DNA of 32,000 nucleotides from Fastidiosibacter lacustris (GTDB lineage Bacteria > Pseudomonadota > Gammaproteobacteria > Francisellales > Francisellaceae). Numbering within the stretch: the stretch's first letter is position 1; each line of letters starts with the position of its first letter. Below, piece after piece: positions 9,097 to 18,737 of the stretch. Under the pieces are notes generated by a model, which was not told the DNA's origin, did no database searches, and saw only the letters and a list, made by a program, of their open reading frames with translations. The DNA is taken from the NCBI RefSeq assembly GCF_003428155.1, contig NZ_QLIR01000001.1, positions 90,001-122,000 of the forward strand, written 5' to 3'. A program made the translations under genes and the position numbers.

Positions 9097-9685
9097 CTGA
9101 TTTTGCAAATTGCTTAGCAACAAAGTCCCAATTAATAATTTTCCAAAACTCATCTACATACTTAGGACGTGCGTTACGATAATCAATATAATACGCATGC
9201 TCCCAAACATCACAGGTTAAAATTGGAACGTGACCTTCTGTTAATGGACAACCTGCATTACTTGTGCTTACAAGTTCAAGCTCACCAGCTTTAGTTTTAA
9301 CTAACCACGCCCATCCAGAGCCAAAAGTAGTAATTGCTGTTTTGTTAAATGCTTCTTTAAATCCATCAAAGCTGCCAAATTTCTTCTCAATTGCAGTAAG
9401 TAATTTACCTTCTGGCTTTGCTTTAGCATTAGGTGTCAAACAGTTCCAATAAAACGTATGATTCCAGATCTGCGCTGCATTATTAAATACAGCACCTTTT
9501 GAGCTTACTATAATCTCTTCTAATGATTTATTCACCAATGCCTTATGTTCGTCTGTGGTAAGTAAGTTATTTAAATTAGTTACATATGCTTGATGGTGTT
9601 TACCATAATGATATTCAATTGTTTCTTCTGAAATGATAGGTGCTAATGCATTTTTTTTATAAGGTAACGTTGGTAATTCAAACAT
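9089..9685 (-). CDS. sodB: Fe-type superoxide dismutase
   Basis: Motifs: [36 protein letters not shown] (Fe-type signature), [20 protein letters not shown]. Size is 198 aa. Confidence 0.95.
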   Translation of the reverse strand: MFELPTLPYKKNALAPIISEETIEYHYGKHHQAYVTNLNNLLTTDEHKALVNKSLEEIIVSSKGAVFNNAAQIWNHTFYWNCLTPNAKAKPEGKLLTAIEKKFGSFDGFKEAFNKTAITTFGSGWAWLVKTKAGELELVSTSNAGCPLTEGHVPILTCDVWEHAYYIDYRNARPKYVDEFWKIINWDFVAKQFAKSVN

Positions 9686-9704
9686 TTATTGCTCCTTAAG
9701 TTTA

Positions 9705-9732
9705 TTGACCGAAAGTCGGAAAATGATATGAT
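9705..9732 (+). promoter_or_regulatory. Putative sigma-70 promoter for grxD
   Basis: TTGACC (9705-9710), a 16-nt spacer, then TATGAT (9727-9732), about 60 nt upstream of the grxD ATG. Pattern match only. Confidence 0.35.
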
Positions 9733-9794
9733 GTACGGGCAATATAATACTAATCTTGTACCTTTTCAAGTTTAGATAACCAAAGGATAGCCAA

Positions 9795-10133
9795 ATGAAT
9801 ACATATCAAGATTTTGATGAACAAAAAGTAATCGAAACTATCAAATCACAAATTACTGAAAACAGTATTTTGTTATATATGAAAGGCACACCTAAAATGC
9901 CTCAATGCGGCTTTTCAGCACACGCTGTCGCTGCAATTCAAGCTTGTGGTAAACCTTTTGCCTTTGTCAATATACTAGAGAATCCAGATATTCGTGCTGT
10001 TTTGCCAAAATATGCCAACTGGCCAACTTTCCCACAATTATATGTCAATGGTGAATTAATTGGCGGTTGTGACATCATTCTAGAAATGCACGAAGCTGGT
10101 GAATTGCAACAAGTACTAAATCAAGCTAAATAA
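9795..10133 (+). CDS. grxD: Monothiol (Grx4-type) glutaredoxin
   Basis: 112 aa with the CGFS active site in MKGTPKMPQCGFS, plus WPTFPQLYVNGELIGGCDI. Confidence 0.92.
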   Translation: MNTYQDFDEQKVIETIKSQITENSILLYMKGTPKMPQCGFSAHAVAAIQACGKPFAFVNILENPDIRAVLPKYANWPTFPQLYVNGELIGGCDIILEMHEAGELQQVLNQAK

Positions 10134-10236
10134 GGTTAGTGTGTTCAAGATACCTATCATAAACTATTAGTTTTATTCAGTCATTTTTCCTACAATCTAT
10201 AACTTATAAAATACATAAAAGATACTTACTCATTAT

Positions 10237-11205
10237 ATGAACGTATATGTTGCAACAAGTTATGACCCTTTTTACAACTTGGCTGTTGAAAATTGGCTTT
10301 TCCGCGAAATGTTAACTGACTCGGCTATTCTGTATTTGTGGCAAAATAAACCCTGTGTTGTGATTGGTCGTGCACAAAATCCATGGCGTGAGTGTAATAT
10401 TGATGCACTTAATGAAGATCACATCCCAATTATTCGCCGTCAAAGTGGTGGCGGCACGGTTTATCATGACTTAGGCAATTTAAATTACACAATTATGGCA
10501 CCTGCCAATCACTATGATAAACACGCAAATTTACAGCTTATTGTGAGTATATTAGCAGCCTTCAACGTTAAGGCATATATCTCTCCACGCAATGATATTT
10601 TTGTCCATCATCACAACCATGACTATAAAATATCGGGTAGTGCTTTTCGCGAAACAAAAGATCGATCGTTTCATCATGGCACTTTATTGATCAATACTGA
10701 CACCTCGAAATTATATCAGTATCTTCATCACAAAATTGATGATGCGCTTATCACAAAAGGCGTATACTCTAAACGCTCAATGGTTATTAACTTAAAGGAG
10801 ATAGATAATAACATATGTCCTAAGCGTATATGTGAAGCTTTCTTAACTCGCTTTAATACCCATATTACATATCTGCCTAATAACTTAAATCAGATGCTTA
10901 TTGCAGAGGAAATGGAAAAATTACACACTTGGGAGTGGCGTTTTGGTAAAACACTTCCTTTTAATCATAGTATGACATTAAATGGTAATCACTTCACACT
11001 TGAGGTTAAAAATGGTCAATTAATCTCAATTAAAACAAGTGATATGCAGTCCTATTCAAATCTCGTCACCTGGGTGAGTCAAGGTAAGCCATCCTATACT
11101 AAACAAAGCTTTAAACCAACATCCAATATGGACTTTACTGCACAAGAGAGACTATTATTACAGTTTCTATACGATAATATACCGACTGTATTCGGAAGCA
11201 TGTAA
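10237..11205 (+). CDS. lplA: Lipoate-protein ligase A
   Basis: Motifs RRQSGGGTVYHDLGNLNYT and KISGSAFR (the lipoyl-AMP binding lysine block) are present. Its 322 aa is comparable to E. coli LplA. Confidence 0.88.
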   Translation: MNVYVATSYDPFYNLAVENWLFREMLTDSAILYLWQNKPCVVIGRAQNPWRECNIDALNEDHIPIIRRQSGGGTVYHDLGNLNYTIMAPANHYDKHANLQLIVSILAAFNVKAYISPRNDIFVHHHNHDYKISGSAFRETKDRSFHHGTLLINTDTSKLYQYLHHKIDDALITKGVYSKRSMVINLKEIDNNICPKRICEAFLTRFNTHITYLPNNLNQMLIAEEMEKLHTWEWRFGKTLPFNHSMTLNGNHFTLEVKNGQLISIKTSDMQSYSNLVTWVSQGKPSYTKQSFKPTSNMDFTAQERLLLQFLYDNIPTVFGSM

Positions 11206-11366
11206 TGAATTAAATATACATAAGTGATGTAGGCTATTTATTCTCGTGCTTATCCCTTATTTTTCAAAAAGCTATCAAGTGTGTTATACCATTATTTGAT
11301 TTACTTTAAAGGTTATCACTTTCATTTCTTTATGGTGGTTTTTTTATCAAAATGTGCCGTAAAGAA

Positions 11367-11384
11367 CCTTCCTTATAAGGAAGG
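11367..11384. repeat. Perfect 18-bp palindrome CCTTCCTTATAAGGAAGG
   Basis: The sequence equals its own reverse complement. It lies in the lplA-prs spacer and ends 6 nt before the ATG at 11391. Confidence 0.9.
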
Positions 11385-11554
11385 GAGTGTATGTCAAATT
11401 TACATGAGCTTAGCTTATGGTGGTATGACAAAGATTTATGTTTGGCATTAACATAACGCCAAGGTAAATTTCTGAAAAAAATCTTTATATTTTCCAAAAA
11501 TTGGGTATATTGCTCTAAGCAAACTCAAGCCAAGCTTATTTTAAGGTTTTATCC

Positions 11555-12505
11555 ATGTCGGATTTGATGCTTTTTAGTGGTCGCGCAAGCAAACAACTTA
11601 CTGAAGAAATCTCTCATTTTTTAGGTGTACAAGTAGGACGAGCTACAGTTTCTGCCTTTAGCGATGGTGAAAGTCATATTGAAATTATCGATAATGTCCG
11701 TGGTCGTGATGTTTTTATTGTTCAATCAACTTGCCCACCTACTAACGACCATATCATGGAGCTTATGTTTTTAACTGATGCACTGCGTCGCTCATCAGCA
11801 GGACGCATCACAGCAGTGTTGCCATATTTTGGCTACGCAAGGCAAGATCGACGTGTACGTTCTTCACGTGTCCCTATTTCGGCTCGTGTCGTTGCTGATA
11901 TGCTAACAGGGGTTGGCATTGATCGTTTATTAACAGTTGATATTCATGCTGAGCAGATTCAAGGTTTTTTTAATATTCCATTGGATAACGTATATGGCAC
12001 ACCTATTTTACTCGATTATATCCGCTCACGTCGTTTAGAGAATCCTATAGTTGTGTCACCTGATATTGGAGGGGTAGTAAGAGCAAGAGCATTAGCTAAG
12101 GCACTTAACACCGACCTTGCCATTATTGACAAGCGTCGCCAAAAAGCCAATGAATCTGAGGTTATGAATATAATTGGTGATATTACAGACCGTCATTGTT
12201 TGATAGTTGATGATATCGTTGATACTGCGGGCACCTTATGTAAAGCAGCTCACGCTTTAATTGAGCATGGTGCTCACAAAGTTTCGGCTTACTGTGTCCA
12301 TCCCGTTCTATCTGGTAACGCTATTGAGAACATTGAGAGTTCGGTATTAGAGGAGTTAGTTGTTACCAACTCTATTCCACTACATTGTGCTGCTGCAAAA
12401 TGTAAAAAAATCAAGACACTATCATTAGCACCAATGCTATCTGAAGCGATTCGTCGTACAAATAATGAAGAATCGATTAGCTTAATGTTCTCTGACCTCA
12501 TTTAA
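11555..12505 (+). CDS. prs: Ribose-phosphate pyrophosphokinase (PRPP synthetase)
   Basis: Motifs: [27 protein letters not shown], and the PRPP-binding loop [12 protein letters not shown]. Size is 316 aa. Confidence 0.96.
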   Translation: MSDLMLFSGRASKQLTEEISHFLGVQVGRATVSAFSDGESHIEIIDNVRGRDVFIVQSTCPPTNDHIMELMFLTDALRRSSAGRITAVLPYFGYARQDRRVRSSRVPISARVVADMLTGVGIDRLLTVDIHAEQIQGFFNIPLDNVYGTPILLDYIRSRRLENPIVVSPDIGGVVRARALAKALNTDLAIIDKRRQKANESEVMNIIGDITDRHCLIVDDIVDTAGTLCKAAHALIEHGAHKVSAYCVHPVLSGNAIENIESSVLEELVVTNSIPLHCAAAKCKKIKTLSLAPMLSEAIRRTNNEESISLMFSDLI

Positions 12506-12508
12506 TTG

Positions 12509-12537
12509 TTAACATTTATATCCTTCTCTGTTACAAT
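12509..12537 (+). promoter_or_regulatory. Putative sigma-70 promoter for rplY
   Basis: TTAACA (12509-12514), a 17-nt spacer, then TACAAT (12532-12537), about 80 nt upstream of the rplY ATG. Pattern match only. Confidence 0.4.
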
Positions 12538-12618
12538 GCTGCGGCTGTATTCGTTAGGGTCGCATGACGTATGCACGTATTTTGAGTTAAACGAATTATT
12601 TTATTTAAGGAAAATAAC

Positions 12619-12909
12619 ATGACTGAATTTACATTCCAAGCGGAATTAAAAACTGAAAAAGGTACAGGTGCGAGCCGCCGCCTACGTAAAGCAGATAAAA
12701 TTCCTGCTATTATCTATGGGAAAGGCGCTGAAGCACTTTTGATTACACTTGAACACGACAAAGTTTTACATGCTGCTAAGAACAAAGCATTTTATGATGG
12801 AATAGTAACAATACATGTCGATGGTAAAAACGAAAACGTTAAAATTCAAGCCTTACAAAGGCATCCATTTAAACCAAAAATTCTTCACGCAGATTTTATA
12901 CGCGTATAG
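12619..12909 (+). CDS. rplY: 50S ribosomal protein L25, short (E. coli-type) form
   Basis: 96 aa with GTGASRRLRKADKIPAIIYG and LQRHPFKPKILHADFIRV. AAGGAAA lies upstream of the ATG. There is no CTC-type C-terminal extension. Confidence 0.92.
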   Translation: MTEFTFQAELKTEKGTGASRRLRKADKIPAIIYGKGAEALLITLEHDKVLHAAKNKAFYDGIVTIHVDGKNENVKIQALQRHPFKPKILHADFIRV

Positions 12910-12993
12910 TTATTGATACCGTGATGGATCTATGCCATCTTTATTTATTGTTTGGTAACTGGAATAAAGTTATTTCTCTGACTATCTAAAAAG

Positions 12994-13040
12994 ACATAAT
13001 AAAAAAATGAACGATTATCTGTTTAATTTTTTTATTATGT
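12994..13040. repeat. 14-bp perfect inverted repeat (ACATAATAAAAAAA / TTTTTTTATTATGT) with a 19-nt spacer
   Basis: The arms at 12994-13007 and 13027-13040 are exact reverse complements. The repeat lies about 50 nt upstream of the symporter start. Confidence 0.9.
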
Positions 13041-13088
13041 TTCACAATGAGTCTATTCATAATTCACAGCCAATGGAGCATATTTTAA

Positions 13089-14360
13089 GTGTCAATTATT
13101 GTCTTTTTTACCATCTTAGGTATATTGGGTTTAGCACAGACCTATAAAGTCAGCTTTAATATTCGAGTCTTGGGGTCTCTTATCGTTGGTATAATTTTTG
13201 GGCTTGTGTTACAGCAATTTAATGACTCGTATTCCGGTGACAACTTACATAGTTTGCTTGACCTTATTAGTGATACTTATATCAGCCTCTTAAAAATGCT
13301 GATCATTCCTTTAGTATTTACGGCAATCATCAATGCGATTGTTAATCTGCGCCACCATCAAGGCAGCTATTTAATCAAGATCGTTACGAAGACCGTTGTT
13401 GTAATTCTACTTTTAACGGGCATTAGTGCAGTTATTGGTGGTTTTATTGGCTCACTGATGCACATAGGCTCTGGAGTGGCTTTTTTAGGTGTACTTGAAA
13501 CTTCTGAGTCTCACAGTATAGTTAGTACAATTACAGGTATGTTACCAAGCAACCCAGTTACAGCGATGGCAAACAATAATGTGATTGCAGTTGTTATTTT
13601 TGCTGCTTTACTTGGCTTTGCAACTTTAAAATTACACCAACAAGAAAAAGAAATAGCCTTAGCTTTCATCAATTTTATTCACTCCGCATTTTTCGTTGCA
13701 AAAAAACTAGCTAGTATGATTATCGCATTAACACCTTACGGTGTATTTGCGCTTATGAGTTCAATGATGCTTAATTATGGTCTAAGTACTTTATTAGAAA
13801 TGCTCAACTTTATTACTGCTATGTATATCGCGATGAGTATTGTGATGCTCCTCCACACGATACTCATCAGCTTGTGTGGGGTCAATCCGATTCATTACTA
13901 TAAGAACGTTTGGCGTGCGCTACTTGTTGCATTTACCACTCGCTCAAGCTTTGGTACGCTTCCGGTCACCATGGATGCACTTGGCAATCGTTTGAAACTC
14001 TCTGAAAGCGTGTCAAACTTTACCCCCAGCATTGGTGCGACAATTGGGATGAATGCTTGTGCTGGGATTTATCCTGCCATGCTTGTCGTGATGACTTTAG
14101 CAATTATGGGGCAACCCGTTACTTGGCAAGTTATTCTATTAGTGGGCGCAATTAACATGATTGCATCCTTTGGTGTATCTGGTATTCCTGGTACCGCATT
14201 TATTGCAGCAGGTGTGACCTTTTCTACATTAGGACTACCTTTTAATATCATAGCTTTAGTTCAAGGGATTGACCCCATTATTGATATGGGGAGGACAGCA
14301 ACCAATGTGAATGGTGTTATGACAACCGCTGTTATTACCGATAAAACAACGCGTTCATGA
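13089..14360 (+). CDS. Dicarboxylate/amino acid:cation symporter (DAACS/SDF family) transporter
   Basis: 423 aa and polytopic, with a Ser-rich re-entrant loop motif (TRSSFGTLPVT) and later blocks GATIGMNACAG and IDPIIDMGRTATNVNG typical of the family. It uses a GTG start with GGAG 10 nt upstream, and there is no in-frame ATG near the N-terminus. The substrate cannot be read from the sequence. Confidence 0.85.
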   Translation: MSIIVFFTILGILGLAQTYKVSFNIRVLGSLIVGIIFGLVLQQFNDSYSGDNLHSLLDLISDTYISLLKMLIIPLVFTAIINAIVNLRHHQGSYLIKIVTKTVVVILLLTGISAVIGGFIGSLMHIGSGVAFLGVLETSESHSIVSTITGMLPSNPVTAMANNNVIAVVIFAALLGFATLKLHQQEKEIALAFINFIHSAFFVAKKLASMIIALTPYGVFALMSSMMLNYGLSTLLEMLNFITAMYIAMSIVMLLHTILISLCGVNPIHYYKNVWRALLVAFTTRSSFGTLPVTMDALGNRLKLSESVSNFTPSIGATIGMNACAGIYPAMLVVMTLAIMGQPVTWQVILLVGAINMIASFGVSGIPGTAFIAAGVTFSTLGLPFNIIALVQGIDPIIDMGRTATNVNGVMTTAVITDKTTRS

Positions 14361-14385
14361 AAGATAAATTTATAAGTTAATTAAA

Positions 14386-14496
14386 TTATAAGTACAAAGA
14401 AGCTTGAGCCTGTAATGCGCAAAACTTCTTATATTCTGTTTTAAACGTTTGCCACGTTGATCTTTTTCCTGCTGTTTTTCTTACCTGCTTGGTCAT
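14386..14496 (-). CDS. Candidate 36-aa basic small protein (hypothetical; not in the ORF track)
   Basis: ATG at 14496, with AGGAGA (14504-14509) at a 7-nt spacing. Translation: MTKQVRKTAGKRSTWQTFKTEYKKFCALQAQASLYL*. A TATAAT (14546-14551, minus strand) and a UUGAUC-GAAA-GAUCAA hairpin (14525-14540) lie upstream. I recognise no homologue. Confidence 0.25.
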   Translation of the reverse strand: MTKQVRKTAGKRSTWQTFKTEYKKFCALQAQASLYL

Positions 14497-14644
14497 AATC
14501 GTATCTCCTATTATTTTCAACTTTTTGATCTTTCGATCAATTTACATTATAACTAAGCATTTATAAAAAGCAGTTTCAGCTATGTTTCACTGTGTATGGT
14601 TCTTGATACGTTAAATTAACACATCACCTTGCAATACTCTATTT

Positions 14645-14670
14645 AATGCTCTGCTAAGCATTTGGTTTGT
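14645..14670 (+). terminator. Weak terminator-like hairpin in the symporter/sbcB convergent spacer
   Basis: AATGCT (14645-14650), loop CTGCTA, AGCATT (14657-14662), then TGGTTTGTT. The T-rich tail is on the plus strand only, and the stem is 6 bp. Confidence 0.3.
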
Positions 14671-14705
14671 TACTCTGTTCATGTTTCTTTTTAAAGCTTT
14701 CCTTA

Positions 14706-16124
14706 TCACAAGGACAAATATGACTCTAGCTCAGCCAATAAACTGAATTGCTCCTCAGTCAAATTCTCTTCTTGCAATGTTTGTATACGCTCATAGATTT
14801 CTGGTATAGACACTTTGCGTTCACCTTTGTAGTCAATAGGCATATTTTCTATATCATAACTGGCAATCCGTTCAAGGTACATTTGAAACTCTTCTTGCAT
14901 TGCTAGTGGTAACTTTTCTGGATTCATGCGTCCAATTATTCGTAAAGCGCGTTCATAATAAGAGCGATTCATTTTTGGCATAAGTTTGATCTTTTGTTCA
15001 ATATCACATTTATGAAAATATTCACATAAATTCTGTTCTGCATAGTTCATAAAACCTGCTTGATATAAAGAAGCATCAACGTCAACATTTTCTATTTCAG
15101 GATATTTAAAGTCTAAAGTGTAGTCTCTTATTTCAGTCAAAATCCTTGGATTTTGTTGTAAGAATGCTTTATTTTCCTTTATTTTTTGAATACGCTCATC
15201 CGATAGGTGAGCTAAAAATCGCTTTTTAGCAGGTAATATTAACGGCAAATCACCCCATTTCTTATTAATGGTAAGAAAATGTTCGTGTATGTTTTGTGTG
15301 GTCACCTCTTGCAAATCAGTATAATCTAAACGCAAAAAACACCACTGATTCTTGTAGTGCCAATGTTGTCCCAAGTTTAACACTGGCAAAATAAAACGTT
15401 CATTGTAACCAAATCTCCCTGAAACCATAAGGGCTTGCTGGTATGATTCATGTGCAACTTCTAAACCAATATCTAATAAAGACAAAATTTTTTGATCTTC
15501 TGTTTTATTAAAGTGCTCAATTAAATACTCCCACACCTTAGGCTGATGTAATTTGAATCTTCGAGCTAATTCTAAAGTTACGATCACATCGGTAATTGCA
15601 TCATGGGCACGTCCTTCTTTATACAAGCTATTTTGTGTATTTAAATTCTCGAGCTTAAGTGATACCTTACCTTCTTTATCTAAAGGCCAACTTAATACAT
15701 TTTGTGCAAACAGATAATAAGCTGTGGCAATAGGGTATAAATCCACTCGCACACAACCATTTTTATACTGATGGTCATAAGCAGAAAACAGGTTTTTAAA
15801 AAATGCAAACCGTAAAAACTCATCGTCAAATGTTAAAGTGTTATAGCCTAAACTAATCGTATCAGGCGTATTAAAAAGCGAGTGTATTTTCTTAATAGCT
15901 TCATACTCATACATACCACTATTTGACTTTTCAATTGAAATATGATGAGTAATTGAAGCCTCTGGAGTTGGGATTGTATCTGGATTGAGCCTAACAAAAA
16001 AATCATAACGCTCTAGCTCATTAAGTGATTCATCGGTACGGATAGCGGCAAATTGGAGAATTTGATCAAAGCATTTATTAATGCCTGTTGTTTCTAAATC
16101 ATAAAAAAGGTAGGTTTTAGCCAT
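14706..16124 (-). CDS. sbcB: Exodeoxyribonuclease I
   Basis: 472 aa with DEDDh exonuclease motifs FYDLETTG, GYNTLTFDDEFLR and GRAHDAITDV. The N-terminus is collinear with E. coli SbcB (QFAAIRTD). Confidence 0.9.
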   Translation of the reverse strand: MAKTYLFYDLETTGINKCFDQILQFAAIRTDESLNELERYDFFVRLNPDTIPTPEASITHHISIEKSNSGMYEYEAIKKIHSLFNTPDTISLGYNTLTFDDEFLRFAFFKNLFSAYDHQYKNGCVRVDLYPIATAYYLFAQNVLSWPLDKEGKVSLKLENLNTQNSLYKEGRAHDAITDVIVTLELARRFKLHQPKVWEYLIEHFNKTEDQKILSLLDIGLEVAHESYQQALMVSGRFGYNERFILPVLNLGQHWHYKNQWCFLRLDYTDLQEVTTQNIHEHFLTINKKWGDLPLILPAKKRFLAHLSDERIQKIKENKAFLQQNPRILTEIRDYTLDFKYPEIENVDVDASLYQAGFMNYAEQNLCEYFHKCDIEQKIKLMPKMNRSYYERALRIIGRMNPEKLPLAMQEEFQMYLERIASYDIENMPIDYKGERKVSIPEIYERIQTLQEENLTEEQFSLLAELESYLSL

Positions 16125-16189
16125 TTATGTTTTCACTTCTTCTCAGGATAGCTAAAGAGTGTAATCGCTTTATAAAACGATGTCAGCGT

Positions 16190-16858
16190 TTACACATGGA
16201 TTTTCTTCCATTGTGATGTACCTTGCAAATAAATAGGCATCACCTGTTGATTTAAGCGATTTTCATCTTTTTTACTTTGATATTCAGTCAGTATTGCTTC
16301 ATACAAATGCTGAGTATCTGGGCAGTAACCTTGAATATCGGGTTTAATTCCCAAACCTTCAATACAATCACCTACCACTAAGCTTAACGGTTTATCAGTA
16401 GACATTGCCTTAAGTACATCCTGTTTAAAGCAATCTTCAGATTTAATTTCTAAAATGTTTTTTAGTTTATTAAAGGAATACTGACCACAATATACGTCTG
16501 CCATACGCGCATCTAAAATAACGGAAATTAAATGTGCTTTTGTCTTATGATACGCATCTAATGCTATAGCATACATAGAAGAAAAGCCAACAACAGGTTT
16601 ATCTAGTGCTAATGACATCGCTTGCATAACAGCTGCTGACAATCTGACACCAACAAAACTGCCAGGCCCTACACCATATGCCAATAGATCAATTGCCGTT
16701 TTTTGAATCTTTGCTTGACTAATTAACTCATTAATCATTGGTAACAGGTACTCATTATGTTCACGAGGAATATTTCTCGTTTGAGTAAAGAGTGCATCTT
16801 TCACAAATAATGTCACCGAACAAAAAGAGCTTGATGTATCAATTGCAAGAATATTCAT
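16190..16858 (-). CDS. tsaB: tRNA threonylcarbamoyladenosine (t6A) biosynthesis protein TsaB
   Basis: Motifs MNILAIDTSS and GVGPGSFVGVRL; 222 aa. The start overlaps the glmS stop (TAATG). Confidence 0.88.
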   Translation of the reverse strand: MNILAIDTSSSFCSVTLFVKDALFTQTRNIPREHNEYLLPMINELISQAKIQKTAIDLLAYGVGPGSFVGVRLSAAVMQAMSLALDKPVVGFSSMYAIALDAYHKTKAHLISVILDARMADVYCGQYSFNKLKNILEIKSEDCFKQDVLKAMSTDKPLSLVVGDCIEGLGIKPDIQGYCPDTQHLYEAILTEYQSKKDENRLNQQVMPIYLQGTSQWKKIHV

Positions 16859-18705
16859 TATTCCACCGTAACTGACTTAGCCAAATTGCGCGGCTGATCG
16901 ACATCAGTACCTTTTTGTACGGCAACGTGATACGAAAACAGTTGAAGTGGAATTGTAAATACAATAGGTGCAAGGACTTCTGGTATTGAATCGATAACAA
17001 ATGTATGCTTAGAGTCAATCTGTAATGATTGACTAATGGCATGGTCAGCAAACACATACAATTCACCGCCTCTAGCTTGCACTTCTTGTAGATTACTTTC
17101 TAGTTTCTCTAATAACGCATCATTAGGTGCTACCGCAATAATGGGCATTTCTTTATCAACTAAAGCTAAAGGCCCATGCTTTAACTCACCAGCAGGATAG
17201 GCTTCAGCATGAATATAGGAGATCTCTTTTAACTTTAATGCACCTTCCAGTGCCACGGGATATTGCATGCCTCTACCCAAAAATAAAGCATGCTGCTTCT
17301 CAACAAAATTATACGATAATTGTTCAATCTCTTTATCAAGTGACAATACTTTTTTTATAATCTCTGGTACTTTTTTTAATGCTTTTAATATCTCTTGTTC
17401 TTTTGTTTTTGTGAGTGTTTGTTTTGCCTTTCCTAAAGCGACTGCAAACAAGATAAAAGCAACAAGTTGAGTGGTAAACGCCTTAGTCGAAGCAACCCCC
17501 ATTTCAATACCCGCTTGGGTCATAAACACCAAGTCCGCTTCTCGCACCATTGAACTATTTGGCATATTACAAATTGCTAATGTTTTAAGGTAACCACATG
17601 TCTTTGCCTGACGAAGTGCAGCTAATGTATCAGCAGTTTCTCCAGATTGGGAAACAGTTATAAATAAACTATTTTTAGTCACAACGGAATTTCGATATCT
17701 AAACTCACTTGCAATTTCAATGTCAACGCTTACCTTAGCATATTCTTCGATCCAATATTTAGCAACAAGTCCTGCATGAAAACTGGTACCACAAGCAACG
17801 ATTTTCACATGCTCTACTTGGGAAAAAAGCAAATTTGACTCAATACCAAACTTATCAACAATTATCTCATTATCAAAACTAATGCAGTTTGAAAAAGTAT
17901 TTGCAATCACTTGCGGCTGTTCAAAAATCTCTTTTTGCATATAATGCTTGTATCTTCCTTTTGACGCAGCATCTTGTATTTGATCCAGTTCTTTTATTTC
18001 AAGTTGCTTTGAAACGCCACTATGATCATAGATCTCTATTTTCCCTTGCTCAATAAGTACCATATCTCCTTCGTCTAAAAAGGCAAAACGGTTAGTAACA
18101 GGAAGCAAAGATAAAGTGTCAGAAGAAATAAAGTTTTCACCAATGCCATAACCAATTACAATGGGTGAACCTGAACGAACAGCTACTAGGCTATGTGGAA
18201 AATCCACGTGCATCACCGCAAGTCCATATGCCCCTTTTAGTTTTTTAATTACAGCATGAACATTTGTGATAAAGTCCTTATTTTTATCCCAACTTTTTTC
18301 AAGTAAATGCACTATGACTTCAGTATCAGTTTGCGATTGAAACTGCACACCTTGTGCAATAAGCTCAGTTTTTAACTGCATAAAATTTTCAATAATGCCG
18401 TTGTGCACAATTGCAATTTTACCGGATCCGCTCAGATGTGGGTGTGCATTATTCTCAGATGGTTCACCGTGTGTTGCCCAACGTGTGTGTGCTATACCTG
18501 TTATGCCTTTTAAATTTTTATCTTGAGTTGTTTTATCCACTAAGACTTGAACTTTTCCCAACGCTCTTTTGCGCTTGATCTTGCCATCTGCAACGATTAA
18601 TGCTACACCTGCTGAGTCATAGCCACGATACTCTAAACGCTTTAAACCTTCTAATAAAATAGCCAATACATTTCGCTCAGAAACAGCGCCAATGATTCCA
18701 CACAT
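16858..18705 (-). CDS. glmS: Glutamine--fructose-6-phosphate aminotransferase
   Basis: It has the MCGIIGAV Ntn nucleophile, SIS-domain motif SQSGETADT, and C-terminal DQPRNLAKSVTVE. Size is 615 aa. Confidence 0.97.
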   Translation of the reverse strand: MCGIIGAVSERNVLAILLEGLKRLEYRGYDSAGVALIVADGKIKRKRALGKVQVLVDKTTQDKNLKGITGIAHTRWATHGEPSENNAHPHLSGSGKIAIVHNGIIENFMQLKTELIAQGVQFQSQTDTEVIVHLLEKSWDKNKDFITNVHAVIKKLKGAYGLAVMHVDFPHSLVAVRSGSPIVIGYGIGENFISSDTLSLLPVTNRFAFLDEGDMVLIEQGKIEIYDHSGVSKQLEIKELDQIQDAASKGRYKHYMQKEIFEQPQVIANTFSNCISFDNEIIVDKFGIESNLLFSQVEHVKIVACGTSFHAGLVAKYWIEEYAKVSVDIEIASEFRYRNSVVTKNSLFITVSQSGETADTLAALRQAKTCGYLKTLAICNMPNSSMVREADLVFMTQAGIEMGVASTKAFTTQLVAFILFAVALGKAKQTLTKTKEQEILKALKKVPEIIKKVLSLDKEIEQLSYNFVEKQHALFLGRGMQYPVALEGALKLKEISYIHAEAYPAGELKHGPLALVDKEMPIIAVAPNDALLEKLESNLQEVQARGGELYVFADHAISQSLQIDSKHTFVIDSIPEVLAPIVFTIPLQLFSYHVAVQKGTDVDQPRNLAKSVTVE

Positions 18706-18737
18706 TTTGTTTTCCTAATTTATTTTGTTTACGATTG

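Noticed and set aside
9719-9735. Fur-box-like A/T-rich sequences in the sodB/grxD spacer (GAAAATGATATGATGTA) and in the mltA/grpE spacer (AATAATGATAA at 30781-30791).
   Set aside because: The first matches the 19-bp Fur consensus at only about 11 of 19 positions. The second is only a half-site. In DNA this AT-rich, such matches are expected by chance.
9264-14251. Short track ORFs 9264-9452 (+), 12289-12501 (-) and 14069-14251 (-).
   Set aside because: They are antisense shadows inside sodB, prs and the symporter gene respectively.
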